From Candidatus Heimdallarchaeota archaeon (GTDB lineage: Archaea > Asgardarchaeota > Heimdallarchaeia > Heimdallarchaeales > Kariarchaeaceae), in assembly GCA_015523565.1 (NCBI GenBank), contig WAKA01000183.1:1-10458 (forward strand): 10,458 nucleotides of DNA. Direction: 5' to 3'. The translations under genes and the position numbers were made by a program. Below the pieces are notes generated by a model. It had not been told where the DNA came from. It did no database searches and saw nothing but the letters and a program-made list of their open reading frames with translations. Below are positions 7,454 through 10,458 of the stretch, one piece after another; the stretch's first letter is position 1, and each line of letters starts with the position of its first letter.

Positions 7454-8083
7454 TCAGGGTGTTACAAGTTGAGCAATCAATTGCTGTCGGAAATAAGATG
7501 AACCACCTCGGCTTGGATGGCGGATATATACAGGGGAAATGCCAAGTTTATGGAGAAATTTTTCTGCAACCCTGCCTACAGCAAATATTTTTGGAAAATG
7601 TCCATTTTCCAACAAGTATTCGAGTGCAACTTGAGTGGCATGGAAATCTGCCATTGAAGGTGAACGATTTGACAAAGGAATATTGGTTTGGTGAGGATGT
7701 AAGGGAATGGCATTCCAGAGAAAGACCCTTGCCTTCAATTCGGGAAGCGTGTTCCACATAAAGAAAGCGGTTTTCTCATTACTTGAACCAGATTTAGTGG
7801 CTATTTTAAGTGGAGAGGTTTGATAATATTGTGCAAAGATTGAAAGGTGCCTTTCGTCAGTGAAAGGCAGACCTGTTCGTCGACAGCCAAGATACCCAGG
7901 AGCCTCGCCCAGAAGCATGATATCAAGTGATTTGGCTTTTTCTAAGTATTGCAGAAGATTGTATTGCCGGATAAGGGGAGAATTAGGTAAATCATGAAAT
8001 GGGCAGATGTCCACATAGGGATTGAATAAATTCTTCCCAGATATTCCTTTTAATATTCCAAGGAAGTGTTTGGGATCAATCAA
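7454..8083 (-). CDS. Uracil-DNA glycosylase superfamily protein, 209 aa
   Basis: Motif A LLGEAPGYLGCRRTGLPFTDE, central WNAIPLHP...NRSP, motif B IRHPSRGG. TTG start. Confidence 0.88.
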   Translation of the reverse strand: MIDPKHFLGILKGISGKNLFNPYVDICPFHDLPNSPLIRQYNLLQYLEKAKSLDIMLLGEAPGYLGCRRTGLPFTDERHLSIFAQYYQTSPLKIATKSGSSNEKTAFFMWNTLPELKARVFLWNAIPLHPHQTNIPLSNRSPSMADFHATQVALEYLLENGHFPKIFAVGRVAEKFLHKLGISPVYIRHPSRGGSSYFRQQLIAQLVTP

Positions 8084-8182
8084 TATTTATTTTTAGGAAA
8101 TTAATTGTTTTTATCCTTGTGGTCTTGATTACAATATTCTGCTTTAGGAAAAATTTATTTTCTCCCTTTCAAGCATTCCAAT
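8084..8182. promoter_or_regulatory. Divergent promoter region (UDG / beta-propeller gene)
   Basis: Purine-rich BRE-like GGAAAAA followed by TTTATT (8154-8159), about 25 nt before ATG 8183. Confidence 0.5.
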
Positions 8183-9388
8183 ATGAATAAAAAAGTTATT
8201 TCAGTTGTTGTTATAACAACGATAATTCTTATTGGATTTTTAGCCCTTGGGTTCCTTTTCTATTCAATTTTTCAAAATGCATGCTATTACTTTTATGACG
8301 AACAGATAACCCCAGTTAATCTTGCATTGGATGGAAACAAAGATATCATTATCCTTTCGATCAGTACAATCAGCAATACCTCATATGAAAAGGATATTCA
8401 ATTTGTTGATTACGACGGGGAAACACAAGGCACCTATCTAGTTTTGAATAAAATAACAAGAGATGGAGGATACGCTTGGGCAAGCGTTATTGGGATACAA
8501 ACGCAATTTTTTCCCCGTACACCAACAGCATTGAAGGTATTGGACAATGATTCAATTATTTTGTCGGCATATGAAATTACAACTGAAAAGTTGGTAACCT
8601 ATACTTTTGATGGAAATGGGACATTAATCGACAAGAAAGAGTTCCAAAATCAGTCAGACATCACACAAATAATACAGGACGAGGAATACATAATCATCAC
8701 AAAGAAGAACGGAAGCATCATGGAAATGTTCTGGAATGGAACTGTAGGATGGCAACAGTCAATTGCAGGCTTAAAAGCGATAAGACAGGTGAACAGTACA
8801 TCGTACATTATAAGTCAACGAAATAATGTAATTTTCATGCAAGATGGAAATATTATCAAGAATGTAACGACAGAAATTGAGACAAGAGACTTATTTTATT
8901 TAAACGAGAACATCATATTAACTTCGAATGATGATATGGCATATCTTATAGATCAAAAAGGGAACGTAGTGAATTCATTCAATTATTCAATGATTTCCTT
9001 TCCCAATTTCCAGCAAGTTGGAAACAAAATTGCAATTATGTCAGAATTTCATTCCTCACATATTCCTTATGCAATCAAGGAGTGGCATGCCAAAAATTTG
9101 GGGACAAATGCAACAGGATATGGAGGGATTATCTTGATATTGGATCACGAATTGACCCTAACCAATGCCATTTTGTTATTTGGGACACAACAAACCATTC
9201 CTTACCTAATAGATGACCAAGACAACCTAACGATTGTTGGTATTGCAAGGCAACAAAATGAGGCGACAGGATTTCAAAAGGAATTACGGGGAGGAGAGGA
9301 TCTGTATGTCATAAAGGCAAAAAACAATTCGGTACAGTGGGCAACGTATTTTGGATTTGATGCGACTGCATACAAAAATTGCTTTTAA
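8183..9388 (+). CDS. N-terminally anchored or secreted beta-propeller protein (SBBP-like repeats), probable surface glycoprotein, 401 aa
   Basis: MNKK followed by a hydrophobic helix (aa 5-30). Repeated blade-like motifs: KITRDGGYAWASVIG, TFDGNGTLI, LIDQKGNVV, GGEDLYVIK...VQWATYFG. 12 N-x-S/T sequons counted. Confidence 0.8.
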   Translation: MNKKVISVVVITTIILIGFLALGFLFYSIFQNACYYFYDEQITPVNLALDGNKDIIILSISTISNTSYEKDIQFVDYDGETQGTYLVLNKITRDGGYAWASVIGIQTQFFPRTPTALKVLDNDSIILSAYEITTEKLVTYTFDGNGTLIDKKEFQNQSDITQIIQDEEYIIITKKNGSIMEMFWNGTVGWQQSIAGLKAIRQVNSTSYIISQRNNVIFMQDGNIIKNVTTEIETRDLFYLNENIILTSNDDMAYLIDQKGNVVNSFNYSMISFPNFQQVGNKIAIMSEFHSSHIPYAIKEWHAKNLGTNATGYGGIILILDHELTLTNAILLFGTQQTIPYLIDDQDNLTIVGIARQQNEATGFQKELRGGEDLYVIKAKNNSVQWATYFGFDATAYKNCF

Positions 9389-9392
9389 TTGG

Positions 9393-10322
9393 TCAATCCG
9401 TTAAAAGATGACGGGCAACAGGACTGTAATAGACATAGGTACTTAACGTTTCTTTTTGGAAAATCAATTTCTTCAATTTGTATTGAGTTAGGTAAAGCTT
9501 CACTTGAACCCTATATGAATCCTTGCCTGCAATGGGTATCCTAAGTTCAAATCGTCGATTTTCATATTGAGCCAACTCTGAAGGAAGACCCAATTCCTTT
9601 GGATTGAGGGTCATCAATGGAGATGATGGTTTCAAGGAAAAGACAGGAGCCTCTTTCCAGATAAGACGATATGCATCATCATTCAAGGCATTGTAGCTTT
9701 TTCTGAAATCAGTATGGTAATAAAGGTCCCTGTTGAACAGGACAGGTTCAAACGCATCAGGGAATGCAGTCGCAGGAATTCCATCACGTTCCAATAATGC
9801 CTTGAAGAATGACGGTACAAGAAAGGCACCCCTGACAAGCACAGCATGCTCAAAATTTTGGAGTGTGCGATCAGTTCCCTCAGCAATCATTTTCACCAAC
9901 TCATCATACTTGCTTTCTGGGAGTGAGATCTTTGACGCGTCAATGGAAAATACATCACATATTGCTTGGATAAGGTTATCCCGTGAAAGTGGTTGACAAA
10001 TTTCATGAACTCGATTGCAGATTTCACCATTATGCACAAGAATATCTGAAGAATAAATTGCGGGACCAAAGAGCAAATCTTCTTCGAATCCCTCATCCAA
10101 TGAGAAGAATTGAACAGACCTGATATAAACGCTACGATTCCCAACGTTCTCAACATCAGCACTGCAGAATATCACTCCGTTTGAATGACTGGTCTGTACA
10201 TCAACATTGATTTTTGGATACAATGAAAGAACCTGCTCCCTTCTTGAATTGATTAGATTCCAAAGAATGGACACAAAACCAGCAAGTCCGCCCGCATATT
10301 GAATTAGGGTTTCAATAACCAT
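9393..10322 (-). CDS. Hypothetical single-pass membrane protein with an Ig-like beta-sandwich pattern, about 309 aa
   Basis: The ORF is open from TTG 10418, but ATG 10322 is preferred because TTTTTATTT lies about 20-29 nt upstream. An N-terminal TM (LIQYAGGLAGFVSILWNLI) is followed by RRE. Confidence 0.7.
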   Translation of the reverse strand: MVIETLIQYAGGLAGFVSILWNLINSRREQVLSLYPKINVDVQTSHSNGVIFCSADVENVGNRSVYIRSVQFFSLDEGFEEDLLFGPAIYSSDILVHNGEICNRVHEICQPLSRDNLIQAICDVFSIDASKISLPESKYDELVKMIAEGTDRTLQNFEHAVLVRGAFLVPSFFKALLERDGIPATAFPDAFEPVLFNRDLYYHTDFRKSYNALNDDAYRLIWKEAPVFSLKPSSPLMTLNPKELGLPSELAQYENRRFELRIPIAGKDSYRVQVKLYLTQYKLKKLIFQKETLSTYVYYSPVARHLLTD

Positions 10323-10458
10323 AAAATAAGGCAAAGAAATCAAATAAAAAACATGATCATCAGATGGATTGAAATTCAGAAAAACAAAAGAAAATACATA
10401 ACAATTATAGGAATACAAATATTTTTATGCTACAGATAAGGAATATCATGCGATTGTA

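Noticed and set aside
343-10162. Short alternative-frame and antisense ORFs (e.g. 5207-5653, 5980-6396, 6164-6436, 7384-7761, 1550-1840, 9733-9996)
   Set aside because: All overlap better-supported genes and show no recognisable motifs, so they are treated as shadow ORFs.
84-10458. Integrated element or genomic island at tRNA-Ser
   Set aside because: No integrase, transposase or viral gene is present, and no repeat of the tRNA 3' end was found by eye. Short matches near 2745, 5902 and 6909 are too short and lie within genes.

Overview
AT-rich archaeal chromosomal segment, most consistent with an Asgard archaeon (inference from an archaeal-type tRNA gene without encoded CCA, TATA-like boxes about 20-30 nt upstream of apparently leaderless starts, and a Rab-like small GTPase). 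From left to right it holds tRNA-Ser(GGA), a stand-alone Mre11/SbcD-type nuclease, a LysE exporter, a YdjM-like membrane metallohydrolase and a small membrane protein. These are followed by a 912-aa protein (helical body, beta-rich domain, C-terminal HExxH/E zinc-peptidase domain) lying directly downstream of a wHTH-coiled-coil regulator. The right part has a divergent Rab-like GTPase tightly linked to a uracil-DNA glycosylase superfamily gene, a membrane-anchored sequon-rich beta-propeller protein and a membrane-anchored hypothetical protein. No integrase, transposase or CRISPR array is visible. The best candidate for an undescribed system is the wHTH plus giant metallopeptidase pair, possibly together with the neighbouring GTPase. 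The A73 discriminator on a Ser-anticodon tRNA is a second oddity. All domain calls are by eye from motifs; no searches were run.
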